Assembly: GCA_024275095.1 (NCBI GenBank)
Contig: JAJRZV010000123.1
Span: 1 to 53,510, forward strand
From: a bacterium
GTDB taxonomy: Bacteria > JAJRZV01
DNA: 53,510 bases
Direction of reading: 5' to 3'
In this document: positions 1-11,800 of the stretch, piece by piece
How positions within the stretch are numbered: position 1 is the first letter of the stretch
How the letters are laid out: the number at the start of each line of letters is the position of its first letter
The notes under the pieces: generated by a model
What the model was told of the DNA's origin: nothing
The model's database searches: none
What the model saw: the letters and a program-made list of their open reading frames with translations, nothing else
Program-made: the position numbers and the translations under genes

Positions 1-2
1 AG

Positions 3-1571
3 GTGATTTTATTGACCGTTCGTTTGACAAATTCAGGGGGCGACATTCCAGCATCATCACAGGATGACACCAGCACACCAAAACCTTCACTTGCTGCACA
101 GCTTATTACAATGGGAGTGAAAATTCCGGGCTCGCTTCTTCCGTACGCACGTAGTGGCGGGGCAGGTCCCTCTGAAGGGATAACTGTTTTTCTGGAAGGA
201 AAACCTCTCAATGTCCCCTGCACCTCATGGTACGTTAAGGAATCACCCTTCTCCCTCCGGGAAGAAGCAGGCGAATTTCATCTCGTGGATGATCGTACCA
301 GATTAAAAATTCCTGTGGGACTCCGCTGCGGACGGAATGTGGAAAACAATAAACAATTTGCTCTTTATGCCCTTCCTCACGGGCAAGATTGCCTTGGTAC
401 CACTGTATTTCAGCACTGTATTCACAAGGCACGCGGAGAAGGTTGCATGTTCTGCGGAATTGAACTTTCCGCATGTCAAAAATCGACAGTATGGATGAAG
501 CGTCCTGAACAGGTTGCAGGAGCGTTGCGATACTACAGCACACGACAGCAGATCAACCACGTAACCGTTACCACAGGAACGCTGGGCTCACGAACAAGAG
601 AGTTTTCATATCTTATTCAGATCATAGAAGCGATAAAACACGAACGCAACAACGTGTTGGTACACGTCCAGTTTGAACCTCCTGCATCCAGGGCCATTCT
701 CCAGGTTATTAAAGAAGCAGGCGCTGATACTGTGGGCATTCATATAGAAACTCCGGACATTACGGCTCTGCAAAAAATCGCCCCGGCAAAAGCCCGCTAT
801 GGACTGAACGGATTTTTCAAAGCATGGTATGCTGCTGTGGAAGTATTCGGTCGAGCACAGGTAAGCACCTTCATCCTCGCAGGTATAGAAGAAAATCGGA
901 GCAAAGTGTTCAAGCGCATACCCGAAATTGCATCTGCTGGAGTAATTCCGTACGTTGTATCTTTCAGACCTATCCCGGGAACACCTCTGGAAAAATCAAG
1001 ACCCCCCGAGGCCTTATACCTTGAAGAACTTACAAATTGCGCCATAGAAAGCATGTATGCGGCAGGATTCTCCGCGCATCAACATCTTGCCGGTTGTGTA
1101 AGGTGCGGTGCATGCAGTATTTTTCACTTTTGCGAACCGCAAGACTTTTATTTAATGCTGGCAGAACATCCACGAATTCTTCAAAAATGTCTTAGATTGA
1201 GACATGAAGTATTTGTAAACGAAGAAAAACTTTTTCCTAACGGAGACAGTGACGACCACGACTCAAATGCCATTCATATCGCTGCTGTGAGATGGGGAGA
1301 AGTGATTGGAACCGTAAGAATTTATCGAGACTCCCGGGGGCAGTGGTGGGGTTCCCGCCTCGCCGTAAAGAAAGAATATCGCGGCAAGGCAGGAACAGCA
1401 CTGGTGAAAAAGGCAATTGAAGAAATGAAAAAACGCGGTGGCGTGGAAATGAAAGCATGGATACTTGAAGGTCGCGAAAACTTTTTCCGAAAATTGGGGT
1501 GGCAGAGAGAAAACAAAAAACGGATCATTGGGGGCAAGCAACATTCTCTCATGAAGTGGTGCGACAGTTAA
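3..1571 (+). CDS. MSMEG_0568/NitD-family radical SAM protein fused to a C-terminal GNAT acetyltransferase (MSMEG_0567-N/NitE-like); 5' end may extend beyond the window
   Basis: RSGGAGPSEG motif, HG-x-D-x-LGTTV, CX7CX2C (CIHKARGEGCMFC), GIHIE, FRPIPGTPLE and the C-terminal AGCVRCGACS typical of this family. This is followed by a GNAT domain (LRHEVFVNEE...D.HD...GTVRIY...WWGSRLAV...YRG). Confidence 0.85.
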   Translation: MILLTVRLTNSGGDIPASSQDDTSTPKPSLAAQLITMGVKIPGSLLPYARSGGAGPSEGITVFLEGKPLNVPCTSWYVKESPFSLREEAGEFHLVDDRTRLKIPVGLRCGRNVENNKQFALYALPHGQDCLGTTVFQHCIHKARGEGCMFCGIELSACQKSTVWMKRPEQVAGALRYYSTRQQINHVTVTTGTLGSRTREFSYLIQIIEAIKHERNNVLVHVQFEPPASRAILQVIKEAGADTVGIHIETPDITALQKIAPAKARYGLNGFFKAWYAAVEVFGRAQVSTFILAGIEENRSKVFKRIPEIASAGVIPYVVSFRPIPGTPLEKSRPPEALYLEELTNCAIESMYAAGFSAHQHLAGCVRCGACSIFHFCEPQDFYLMLAEHPRILQKCLRLRHEVFVNEEKLFPNGDSDDHDSNAIHIAAVRWGEVIGTVRIYRDSRGQWWGSRLAVKKEYRGKAGTALVKKAIEEMKKRGGVEMKAWILEGRENFFRKLGWQRENKKRIIGGKQHSLMKWCDS

Positions 1572-2521
1572 TGAAAATCTCAACCCCTGAAATAAAGGAT
1601 ATTGTTGAGTGGGCTTACGCATCCAAAGCTTCACAGCGACATGTTCTCAAAACATTAAAGCAACGTCCACCAGCAGGAGATGCTGTCTCCCACGAAATCC
1701 CTGATGGTGGACGTATATTCACAACGGCAGACGCCATACATCCCAACCTGCTCGAAAAGGATGCATATTTCGCAGGCTGGTCAGCGGTACTCGCATGTGT
1801 CAATGACCTCTACGCTGCGGGTTCAGAACCTCTGGCTCTTATGAACTGCTGTGGCGCTGTTGACGCTGTTCAACTTACAGGTATGCTCCGTGGAATGGAA
1901 GAAATGGCTTCGGTCCACGAACTTCACATCACAGGTGGACATGCTCACCTGAATGTTTCTCCTTATCTCGCGATATTCGCATGGGGCACGTCCCTTACCA
2001 ATAGCAGCATCAACACGTTTCAACCAGGTGTCGGGGATGTTCTATTTGTCATCACCCATACTGAAGGAGTTTCCGGCACGCCACACTACCCTTCGTGGAA
2101 CAGCTTTTATGGATACGCACCACACGAAATCCGTGAACTTTACGCAGCTCTGAGGGAAATGTGGACAGTTACACAAGGAAAAATGTGTCTCAGAGACGTG
2201 AGCGGAGGAGGACTCCTTGCAGCTCTTATGAGTTTTGCAGAACAGTACAATATTGGAATGAAAGTAAACGTGGAGATCCTGCCTCGCCCGGAGAATGTAA
2301 CGCTGGAATTTTGGCTCAAATGTTTCCCTTCTTTTTCCTTTATAGGTGCATGTCCCTTCAACACAATTTCCCGCGTTGAAGAAATTTGTTCAAGGTACGG
2401 ATTAAATTTTGCATTTTTGTGCGAGCTGTCATTGCAAAGTGAAGTGATAATCATCTGGACAAACGTCGAAGATGTAATATTCTCAAAGGAAAAAGGTGAT
2501 GTGTTCCTGGCAAAAGAGTGA
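1571..2521 (+). CDS. AIR synthase/selenophosphate synthetase-like protein (sll0787/NitF family)
   Basis: GDA, AGWSAVLACVNDLYAAG (PurM/ThiL/SelD-like ND motif), ITGGHA, LRDVSGGGLL, WLKCFPSFSF. The ATG at 1571 overlaps the upstream TAA. Confidence 0.8.
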   Translation: MKISTPEIKDIVEWAYASKASQRHVLKTLKQRPPAGDAVSHEIPDGGRIFTTADAIHPNLLEKDAYFAGWSAVLACVNDLYAAGSEPLALMNCCGAVDAVQLTGMLRGMEEMASVHELHITGGHAHLNVSPYLAIFAWGTSLTNSSINTFQPGVGDVLFVITHTEGVSGTPHYPSWNSFYGYAPHEIRELYAALREMWTVTQGKMCLRDVSGGGLLAALMSFAEQYNIGMKVNVEILPRPENVTLEFWLKCFPSFSFIGACPFNTISRVEEICSRYGLNFAFLCELSLQSEVIIIWTNVEDVIFSKEKGDVFLAKE

Positions 2522-3596
2522 GAGATTTCCCCTGGAGGAAAGGGTGGGGTTGTTGGCCATGGGGGTGAAGTTTCCGCCTGAGGTCATTTCTCGGTTTACA
2601 CGTTATCGATACAAAAGAGCTTCTCTGTCTGAGGGTTTGTTTATAGAGATCCGAAAAGGTGCATATCGCTCCTCACTGAATGTGGCAGCACTTGAACCCT
2701 TTGTAAAACATTCCCCGTACTCGTTTAATCCTGCAAAGGGCCTACTGCTAAAAAACGGAGAAATACTGTGTAATGCAGAGGTAATATACGATCCTTCGTG
2801 GTACTCGTTTACACTGGAAGATGGAACCCCAATTGCCCGTGTTATCCAGGCACACGGTCGTTACACCCTCACGGCCTGTATTACTCCTTCCTGTTCTTAT
2901 ATTCTCCAGGGCAGGGGTTGCAAATTTTGTGCAATTGCCACCTCGGAAGCCTCTGTTACCAGCGGCTGGGAAATAGCTCACGCTGTACGGAAGGTGCTTA
3001 ATGCAGGATTTCCCTATCGAGAACTCAATATCAATTCAGGAACACCCCGCCGCGACAGGAAGGAAGGAGTAGAACACCTCAGGCGTATAATTCAAGAAAT
3101 AAAAAAAGAAGCACAACTACCTATCTATTTGCAGATGACTCCACCAGCCGATCTCCAGATGCTTCACGAACTCAAAGACGCTGGTGTAAATTCCATCAGC
3201 TTCAACATAGAAATCTTTGACTAAGATATGAGAAAAACCGTCTGTCCTGGAAAATCTGAAATTACGATAAACGAATACGGGAAAGTAATAGAATATGCCG
3301 TGAAAGTATTCGGAGAGGGGAATGTATCATCGTGGCTCATTGCAGGATTGGAGCCAGTAGAATCTACAATCCAGGGGATTGACTTTATTATAGAACATGG
3401 AGGCATACCGTTTCTTGCAGTTTTCAGACCTCTTGTAGGCAGTGCCTTCGAAAAGTTACCGCCCCCTGAACCACAGACAATACTTCCTGCCTTCGAATAT
3501 TTGCAGGAAGCGTTATCACCCAGAAGTAAGCTGCTTCGCTCTTCTTCTGCCGGGTGCGTCAATTGTGGTTGTTGTTCTGCTCTTCCAGAAACTTAA
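2496..3596 (+). pseudogene. Second MSMEG_0568-like radical SAM gene, interrupted by an in-frame TAA at 3222-3224
   Basis: ORFs 2496-3224 and 3228-3596 are in the same frame. CX7CX2C (CSYILQGRGCKFC), SFNIEIFD*DMRKTVCPGK, SSWLIAGLE, FRPLVGS and C-terminal AGCVNCGCCSAL. Confidence 0.75.
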
Positions 3597-3604
3597 AAAA
3601 TGTC

Positions 3605-5212
3605 TTACCTGGATCCTTTCCCTTTTTTGGGTGCGGTAGTTTTTTTTGCTTTGTACTCGCGTGATATTTTCTGCTTAACATAATCAAGTATGCGTCTCAC
3701 ATCTTCGTCATTGGGTCTGACTCTAAGATACGCTTCAAAAAAGCTCATGGCCTGCTGAAGTTTCCCTTCTTTGAGTGCACAGTGTCCGGCAACTATAGCA
3801 AGATCCGGAACTGGTGCCGAACTTTTATTCACATATTTAACATAAGAATCGAGGCTATCTTTACAACTGCCTACCTGATAGTTTGCAAGGGTGAGAAATT
3901 GTAGAGCTCTCAAACCGTAGGTTGTCTGAAGAAGATTTTTAAATATGGACATGGCCTGAAACAAATCCTTCTGTCCACCCTTTTTGTCGAGGCTGCCGGC
4001 ATAATATTTGGCGAGAGCGAGATAATAAGGAATTTCCTCTATATCAGGGTTAATAATGTACGCCTTCTGAAAATATTCAGCGGCCCTGCGAAAATCTCCC
4101 ACACGATCGAGGGTCAAACCTTTAATCGCACGTTCAAATACGGTTTTTCCGGCTTCGAAGTACAGCAGGTCTTTAATCTTTCCCGGGTTTTTCAATGCGT
4201 TCTTTAAAATATTTTCTGCTACGGAATAAAGTCCCTGGCGCCTGTAAACAGCAGCGTTCACCATAAGAGAAAAGGGATCAAAGAACACTTCTTTCTTTTC
4301 AATACGAGCCCACAAAGACCCTGATGCCACACGATAATAATCCGGGTAGTCTCCCGCATTAAGGGAAGAAGCTGCAAGCATGATCCCTGCCACTTTAAGA
4401 GCCTCTCTGTCTTTTTTTCTGGACGCATTGTATATCCGTACATACTGAGCTTTTGCTTCACTATACTTTCCCATCTGGTACAGCACGTTCGCGAGTACAA
4501 GTCGCAACCACAGGTCATCCGGACGCAGTGTCAGCGCTTCCCTGTAGTACCTTTCAGCTTCTTCAAAGACCCCTCTCTTTTCTGCAATGGCTCCCAGGCC
4601 TGTAAGTCCCTGAACCCGACTGCTGGTATCGCCTCTCGTGAGAATTCTAAAAATCTCTTCTGCACCTGACATGTCTCCTGCGTAAAGAAGTGATAGGCCT
4701 TTCAAAAAGTACGCTTCTGTCATATCGGATTTGATTTTGAGTGCTTTATCGAGTGCCCTTGCCGCTTCTTCATAATTACCGATCTCATAAAAAACAAGCC
4801 CCAGGTTGTAGTAAAAGTAAGGGTTGTTTTTCTTCCCGGTAGCAGCCCTGTTGAGGTAAAGAAATGCTCTGTCGGGCTGTCCCAACCTTGCGTATATCAC
4901 CCCAAGTGTATTCATAGAGGTGTAGTCCTGTGGATTAAGTTCTACCGCTTTAAGAAGGTACTTCTCGGCCTGCTTATAATCCCTTTTTTTGAAGTAAAGG
5001 TATCCTCCCACAGCGTTAACCTCGGCATGATCGGATCCGAACTCTTCGAGCTTCTTAAAAAGCTTTTCCGCGGTTTTCACTTTTCCCTTCTTTATCAGAC
5101 TCATAACCCTCTTTAACGAACTCGTTGAAAACTTCTGTTCAACCGCCGAAGCGTTTACGGCAATAACAAGCAGGATCAATAAAACACTTAATCCAAATTT
5201 ACGCACCATCAT
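3605..5212 (-). CDS. Secreted tetratricopeptide-repeat protein
   Basis: Signal peptide (MVRKFGLSVLLILLVIAVNASA) and many TPR units (e.g. YYNLGLVFYEIGNYEEAARALDKALKIK). Confidence 0.85.
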   Translation of the reverse strand: MMVRKFGLSVLLILLVIAVNASAVEQKFSTSSLKRVMSLIKKGKVKTAEKLFKKLEEFGSDHAEVNAVGGYLYFKKRDYKQAEKYLLKAVELNPQDYTSMNTLGVIYARLGQPDRAFLYLNRAATGKKNNPYFYYNLGLVFYEIGNYEEAARALDKALKIKSDMTEAYFLKGLSLLYAGDMSGAEEIFRILTRGDTSSRVQGLTGLGAIAEKRGVFEEAERYYREALTLRPDDLWLRLVLANVLYQMGKYSEAKAQYVRIYNASRKKDREALKVAGIMLAASSLNAGDYPDYYRVASGSLWARIEKKEVFFDPFSLMVNAAVYRRQGLYSVAENILKNALKNPGKIKDLLYFEAGKTVFERAIKGLTLDRVGDFRRAAEYFQKAYIINPDIEEIPYYLALAKYYAGSLDKKGGQKDLFQAMSIFKNLLQTTYGLRALQFLTLANYQVGSCKDSLDSYVKYVNKSSAPVPDLAIVAGHCALKEGKLQQAMSFFEAYLRVRPNDEDVRRILDYVKQKISREYKAKKTTAPKKGKGSR

Positions 5213-5804
5213 CCCTCCCGGTAAAACCTTGAAGAATCAGGTATGTCTCCCGCGACATCGTGCGTGAAGCTATTGGTTTATAAATCTTGACTTTAAGAAA
5301 TACTTCTTTCAATTCTTTTTTAAATTCAGCAAACCCCTCGCCTTCGAATACCTTTAACACGCACCAGCCTCCGTGTACTAAATGCTTTGAAGCACGGCGA
5401 ATGACTTCAGAGCACATCTCCAAACTGCGACTCACGTCTTTGAAAGCAATGCCGGTGGTTTTGGGGGCAGCATCGGAGAGTATCACCTGGAAAGGGCCCT
5501 TTGCAATTTCGAATGCACTGTTCCATGTCTCGTCCTGAAAAAGGTCACCCTGAACGAATCTGAAATTGGGTGCATTCAACTCCACCTTCTCAATATCAAA
5601 ACCGACAACCAATCCTTTCCTGCCGACAGCATTGAGAGCCACCTGAGACCAGCCCCCGGGAGCACATCCTACATCCAGTACCTTCATTCCCCTGCGTATA
5701 ATATGATACCGTTTGTTCATTTCTAAAAGTTTATATGCCGCTCGGGAAAGGTAGTGTTCCCTCTTCGCCCTTTTATAGTAGTAATCTTTTTTATTGTAGT
5801 ACAT
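5199..5804 (-). CDS. rlmE: 23S rRNA U2552 2'-O-methyltransferase RlmE/FtsJ
   Basis: SRAAYKLLE, VLDVGCAPGGWSQ, ILSDAAP.TTG, KVFEG and KP.ASR..S.E.Y (K-D-K-E tetrad). Confidence 0.95.
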   Translation of the reverse strand: MYYNKKDYYYKRAKREHYLSRAAYKLLEMNKRYHIIRRGMKVLDVGCAPGGWSQVALNAVGRKGLVVGFDIEKVELNAPNFRFVQGDLFQDETWNSAFEIAKGPFQVILSDAAPKTTGIAFKDVSRSLEMCSEVIRRASKHLVHGGWCVLKVFEGEGFAEFKKELKEVFLKVKIYKPIASRTMSRETYLILQGFTGRDDGA

Positions 5805-5807
5805 GTA

Positions 5808-8800
5808 CTAATAGTATCCCTCAACTCTCACAAAAAAACCATGGCCCGTGTAACTGTCCAAATCGTAATCTCCAATTTCTACGCTTGAAAAATTATATCC
5901 TGCAGCAAGGTTAAGATGTTCGATAATGTTTCTGCTTACCTCAACAAGTGCACCATGAAATACACCATGGCTCCGGTAGTCCAGAAGGTAGTCCACCTCA
6001 GCTTCCCATTTGGAGAAGAAACGCAGATGAACTGCCGGACCAACGAGAAAACGATCCTGAGCATCGGAAATTGTATCAACTTTATCCCTATCACGCCGCC
6101 AGCCCGTTTTAAAAGAAAATCCAAGCCAGTCATTCACATCACATGCGGTGTCAGCAAAGGCTGTGAGAAATTGGGTTTTCACAGGCACACCAGCACCCGT
6201 TACATCCTCCCTGAGATCTGAAACCCGCGAAAACTTCATAAGCATGTCCAGCCTGCCGAAAAGGTCACGAAGAGCCCCGCCTGCAGTGACTTCCGAATAT
6301 GAAGAAATAACTCGTGAGGGCTCTGTGGGAGTATCAGCTTTGTACAAACTTCTGCGGTATCGACTGAAGGTGTAAAGATTCTTCGTGATTTTAAACCGGC
6401 CTGCAATTTCCGCATTCATCCCCTGAGAAGTTGTCATACTGGATGAGCGCGACAGCTCAAACCGTCCATAAATTCTGAATTTCGGAGTCTGAAAAGTGGT
6501 GACAATTCCCCCTGTATCGCGTTCAAGACTTCCACTTGTTACCCTAATTTCACCCTTTTCATAGTAGACATTTACATTGAGGCCCTTGGCCGTTGCCCAT
6601 TCAACACCCACAACGTTACTTCGCTGATTTGTACCGCCATGAGCAATACGCTGTTCCCCGTAAAATTTCATGCGCTTGGTCAGGTAATACGCTGTTCCAA
6701 AAGCAAACTGCCCGATAGTGGTACCCGTTCGGTTCATAATACTGTATGAAGCATAAGTGGTATCACCCTTGGTACCGCGGTATCCCAAACCCACACGCGC
6801 AGCAGCCCCGGATTCCCCGTAAGAACCCTCTGCAGACACCATTACCGGTTCGAGCACGTCAGTAACAACACCAAGTGCTACCTGGTGACCACCCTGATAA
6901 ACGTGACCCCGTGACGCGAGCAAAAACTGCGCACGAATGAAAGGATTTACGCTCTGTTTCTCTCCCACGTGGAAGCGGTAGAGAATGGACGGAGAGATAT
7001 ACGCCTCGCGTCCGTATTCATCTTTTCCTGGAAAGCGCTGGGCCCACGAAAATACAAGACCCGCTTGAAGAGAACGCCACCTGTAATTTCCGCTCAGGTC
7101 CACCCGCTGAACAACATTCCTGTCAGCGCCTTCTCCTGAATCCACATAATCATAGTAAAAGGCACCTCCAAGAGGCTGTGGACGTCGAGATATTCTCAGG
7201 CCATACTGTTCCAGCCCCCCGCTCTGACTTCTACCGCTTGTAAAACCTTTTTCTCGCCTCATATAAAATCCCGATGCGCTGAACCAATCGTTATCACTCC
7301 CGAGCTCAACCCGCCAGGCATCCTTCCAGTCCGACCCTGCATCTGTAATGCTCTGAGTATAGAAGCTGACACCCGCATCATCAGACACATCAAGAAATGG
7401 TTGAGGACGCCGGGAACGGGCGAATTCAAAGATTCCCCTTACGTACCGGTTAAAATCAAATCGTACATCAATTCCACCGAGCGCATAACTTCCATCTTTT
7501 ACTGCCGTGACCCCAAGCTTCACATTCTTATGAGGTTCAAGCTCAACTCTTTCACCGTAAAGAATATTTTCCAGGCCATCGCTCAGGTATTCGTACTCCA
7601 CCACCAGATAAATCTCATGTCCTTCCTGAAAAAGATCTGGCCGCTGCGAAGACACAAATGTGGTTAGAGGATAGTAAAGATCTATCATTCCCGAAGAGTA
7701 ATCTATTGAATAATCTCTATTTCGTTTCAATACCAGATAATCTACCACCACTCCAGATACATGTTCGCGAAGTTCGACAAGAACTTTCTCAGAACCTTCC
7801 ACTACGTTTTTACGACGCAAAAAGTACAGGCTACCTCCTGTAGAGCGAAACTCATCGCGTTCAAAAGCAGTGTTTTCGCGACTTACAAAACCCTTCAAAC
7901 GCAGTGTGGGCAGGTTCTTTAAAAGTTCTGCTGACGAGAATTCATATCTTAGGCCGTAAAGGCTACGGTTGTAATACGTGAGTTCTGTATCTGTAAAAAG
8001 CGTATCATACCCCCCAAGAACAAGCGAGGCGTTTTTTCTGAACTGCAATCTCAGGAAGGTATCACCTGCCGAAGCAGTGGCATCCCAGGAACGCGCATCG
8101 TCACCGTATTCAGGATATTCTCTATTCAGTTCAATTGCCTGGAAAATTCTATCCGTCCGCTGAGGGGTTATCTGAATAATTTTCTTCCACATTTTTTCAA
8201 AATCACTTACTCCACTATCTATCCCGAACTCAAAAGTAAGGCCTTCGGGATGTTCACCGTATCCGTAAACAGAGAGTTTTCCCTTTTTTATGAATTTATT
8301 CTCCGTCGAATAGCCAAAAATTCCATAACCCAGCGCATTAATGTAGATGTCTTTTTTATCAAAATATACATTCTTTTTTATCTCCACGTTTTCCTCCGGC
8401 AAAAATGCCTGAACGTGAAGCAGTGTTGCAGTTACATTTTCAGGAAAGTGTATAAAGGAATGGAAACGTCCCTCACTGTCCAGGGATACCAACTGTCCAT
8501 TAACAGTGACGGTACACGAAATCGGCGCTTCACCCGAAATAAATAAATTACGCGATGACAGGTGGATGTCTCCCTCTGGAAGATTAAGCACAAGATACGA
8601 TCTTACATAACCTTCCTTCACAACGGGAGTGGAAGTGTATTCCAGTACATACCTTACAGGCAGGTGTTCTTTGAAAAAACCTGTAATGTTAAACCGTCCC
8701 TGGGGCTGCTTGATAAAAAGAGAAAGTTCCAGACCTTCATTTGCAGGCACATCATAACGTTCACCATCCAACAAAACATATTGAAGTCCCTCTCCTGATA

Positions 8801-11800
8801 TGGACAAATCCACAACCTTTCCCTCTTCAAGGGCGAACTCAAAGGAGGTGGGAGCCCCTACGATGAGATGCCCGAACGAACCTTTAAAGCGCTGCTCCTT
8901 ACCCGTGGAGTCAGTAATAAAGATAGACAGTTTGTCTTCCATAGGCGGCAACGTATATCTAAAGCGCGCCGACGGATCAACGTCCACTTTTTTACCGTTT
9001 ACCTTTACCTCCGGTTTAAAAGAAGACAGCTGTAGCAACACCTTGCCGCCTTCGGTCTTTATTTCCACACGTCTGTTACGGGCCATATTCTCAGGGGTAT
9101 CATTGGGATAAAGAGGTCTGGATTCACCATAACCGATCGTGGTGATTCGGTCAGAAGAAATACCTTCAACAATTACCAGATAATCTTTGACCATTTCCGC
9201 ACGTTTCTTTGACAGTTCCAGATTGTACCATTCCGGCCCACTTGAATCGGTATGACCCTCAACAATAATTTTCAACTCGGGATTTTCCCGAAGGTAAACC
9301 GCCAGTTCTCGGAGTTTTTTAATAAATTCTGGAAGGAGGTAATAAAGGCCCTTTTCAAAATAAACTCCTCTCTCAAGTGTCTTCATCGGTGGTGATGCAA
9401 GTACAACAAATGTTTTCACAGAACTGCGGGCATACATGCCATCTTTTTCAGCTTCAATATAAAAAGAATACTCATTGCCCGTGCGTAAAAGCATGTGCCC
9501 CGACCTGTCCCTTCCATTCCACGAAAAAGACTTGGGAGGATTACCCGAGCCTTCCAGTGTGTAAATATCCTTTCCTGAAGAATCTTTAATAACAAACCGG
9601 TAACTGTCAGGTGGCTCTTGAAAATTATGGGATGTCATAAAAGAAAGCTTTACATCCAGTCGGCCTTTCCGGAGTATGAAGTATCTTTCTTCTTTTCTTA
9701 CAGAAAGGTCAGCATCTACATACGGAAGTTTTATACGCTTGCCGTTGATGTAAATAACGCCCTTGGCAGCGTTACCTTCTATCACATGATGGGTCATTCT
9801 ACCCGAGAAGGATCCCCTGTATTTCATCAATGTCTGAAACGGGATTTTTACAGGTTCCAGTTCCATGAACACAGGGAAGTTGACTTTGCGGGTTTCTCCA
9901 CGCTGAAGTTCAACTATGACTGATGGTTCGGATAGCTGAAACCCCGGTGGCAGATAGGACATATCAGGTTTAACCTGAACCCGCTCGTATATCATTCCGC
10001 TTGTACCACTTTCTCCTACTTCAATGTTGTTAATGTGATACCGACCGTATTCATCCGTGATAGAACATGCTCCTTTATCTATACACACGCGAACGCCGGC
10101 AATACCGGGCTCATCAGGATCTCTCACACCATCGTAGTCTATATCCATAAACACAGATCCAATAATCCTGGCATTATCCGCGATAGGGTCAGGGGTTACA
10201 GCAAGTGTATTCATCGCCTGGTTCGATATGTTTGTGGAATTTACCGCGACAACAGCTTTCAAATTAAATGTACCTTTTGTAACACCTGGTACCGGTACAA
10301 AATACCCCACGAAAGTCCGCCTCTCCATGGAGGCCAGAGACGTAAGCGAAAGCGTGTAAGGTGAGCCTCTGGATATTTCCATCTGGCCGTTCTTACTGAA
10401 AAGCCTGCCCCGGTAGATTGCGAGTTGAGGCGGCACATCTATCAAGAGTGTTGAAGGTGCGACAGGTAAAGGATTCGGATTCTCAATAACCAATCGAAAG
10501 GGAGCCATCGAAGAAGTACCTACGATTTTCTTTAACACCTCCAGCTTTAACTTGAGAAAAGATTGAAGAGCTACCGCGGTATCCACGGACCTGTCAGTAA
10601 TGTCAACCGGATCCTGGTAAACAGCCGCAACAGTAAGGCCGTTGGAAGGAGATTGTATAACTCCATCGTCCGGGACCCCGGCAGAAAATTCAACTTCTAC
10701 TCTGTCAGACATAAAAATGCCTGTATTGTCGCCTGTTTCTTCGAGTTTTATAACTTCTCTATCGGCATATTCACCGGGAGCCTGCCAGCCCACAAAAACA
10801 ACGGCTGTTACTTCATCAGGACTTGCGGTAGCTACATTGCGATCAGGGTCGGAAAGCTCCAGATAGAGGTCGGTGGTATCATTGACGATTTCCAGTTTGG
10901 AGCCTCCTGCGTCAACGATTTTTAATACAGAGGGTGTACCCGTATCAACTACATTTGCTTCAGCCTGACATACATCGTCAGGGGCATCCGGATCGGTAAA
11001 TACAACAGAAATCACCTCGTCGGGATTGGCCGAGATAACTCCGTCGTTTGACTTCACATCAGAAGAATTCCTGTATTTGGAAACGAATATTTCACCGCGA
11101 AATACCCCGGTGTTGTCACCGTCCTCCACGAGAGTCAACAGCTCTACGTCCCCGCTTTCGTCATTTCTCACGGTAATCTGCACCTCATCGGGCAGTTGGG
11201 AATTTCTATTTTCATCCCTGTCCTGAAGTATAAAGTACATTGTGCTGTTCACGGGGTAAGAGGAAACCTTGGTATCTGCAGCGTTTACAATATCCATCTG
11301 GCACGGAGAATTGCCCATGATCTCCGCGCAACTGACCCGAGGATTTTCGCCAACCTCCTGAGTTGATACGCAAAACCGATAACCAGGTTCAACATATATT
11401 GCGTTTGCACAGCCTGTTTGATTCAGTTCATCCGCCAGCTCCTGTGAAGTAACAGCCTGGACGTACCCCAGGAAATAACCGTCAGCATATTCCGGGTCTT
11501 CAGGATGATAATCCGCAAAAGTCTCCTTTATGGGAATTGAATAACATATACTTTTCGTCTTTCCGCTTGGGTCCTTGACTATATAATTAACACGTTTATA
11601 CGTATTTGCACTTCCGTCACGCTTGTCCAGGTCATAAACAAAAAAATCAATGCTTGTTGGGGCTGGAAACGTGGTAACAATTCTAATGCTGTCATCCTGG
11701 GTTTCATAAAAGTATATTTCCGAATTGGTGATTACCCGAACCTCACCCGAGCAGGAGTCTATCGGAGGGTAAGTATCCGTCTGGCTGATGAAAGTCGCCC

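Noticed and set aside
3222-3224. Stop-codon reassignment or selenocysteine/pyrrolysine readthrough in the second radical SAM gene (tempting because a SelD-like gene is adjacent)
   Set aside because: The codon is TAA, not TGA or TAG. The position is not a Cys site, and TAA terminates many intact genes in this window.
3-3596. LipS1/LipS2 lipoate synthase pair or biotin synthase
   Set aside because: The LipS2 TxGCPxCxRP motif and BioB motifs are absent; the motifs fit the MSMEG_0568 family, and no lipoate-pathway genes are adjacent.
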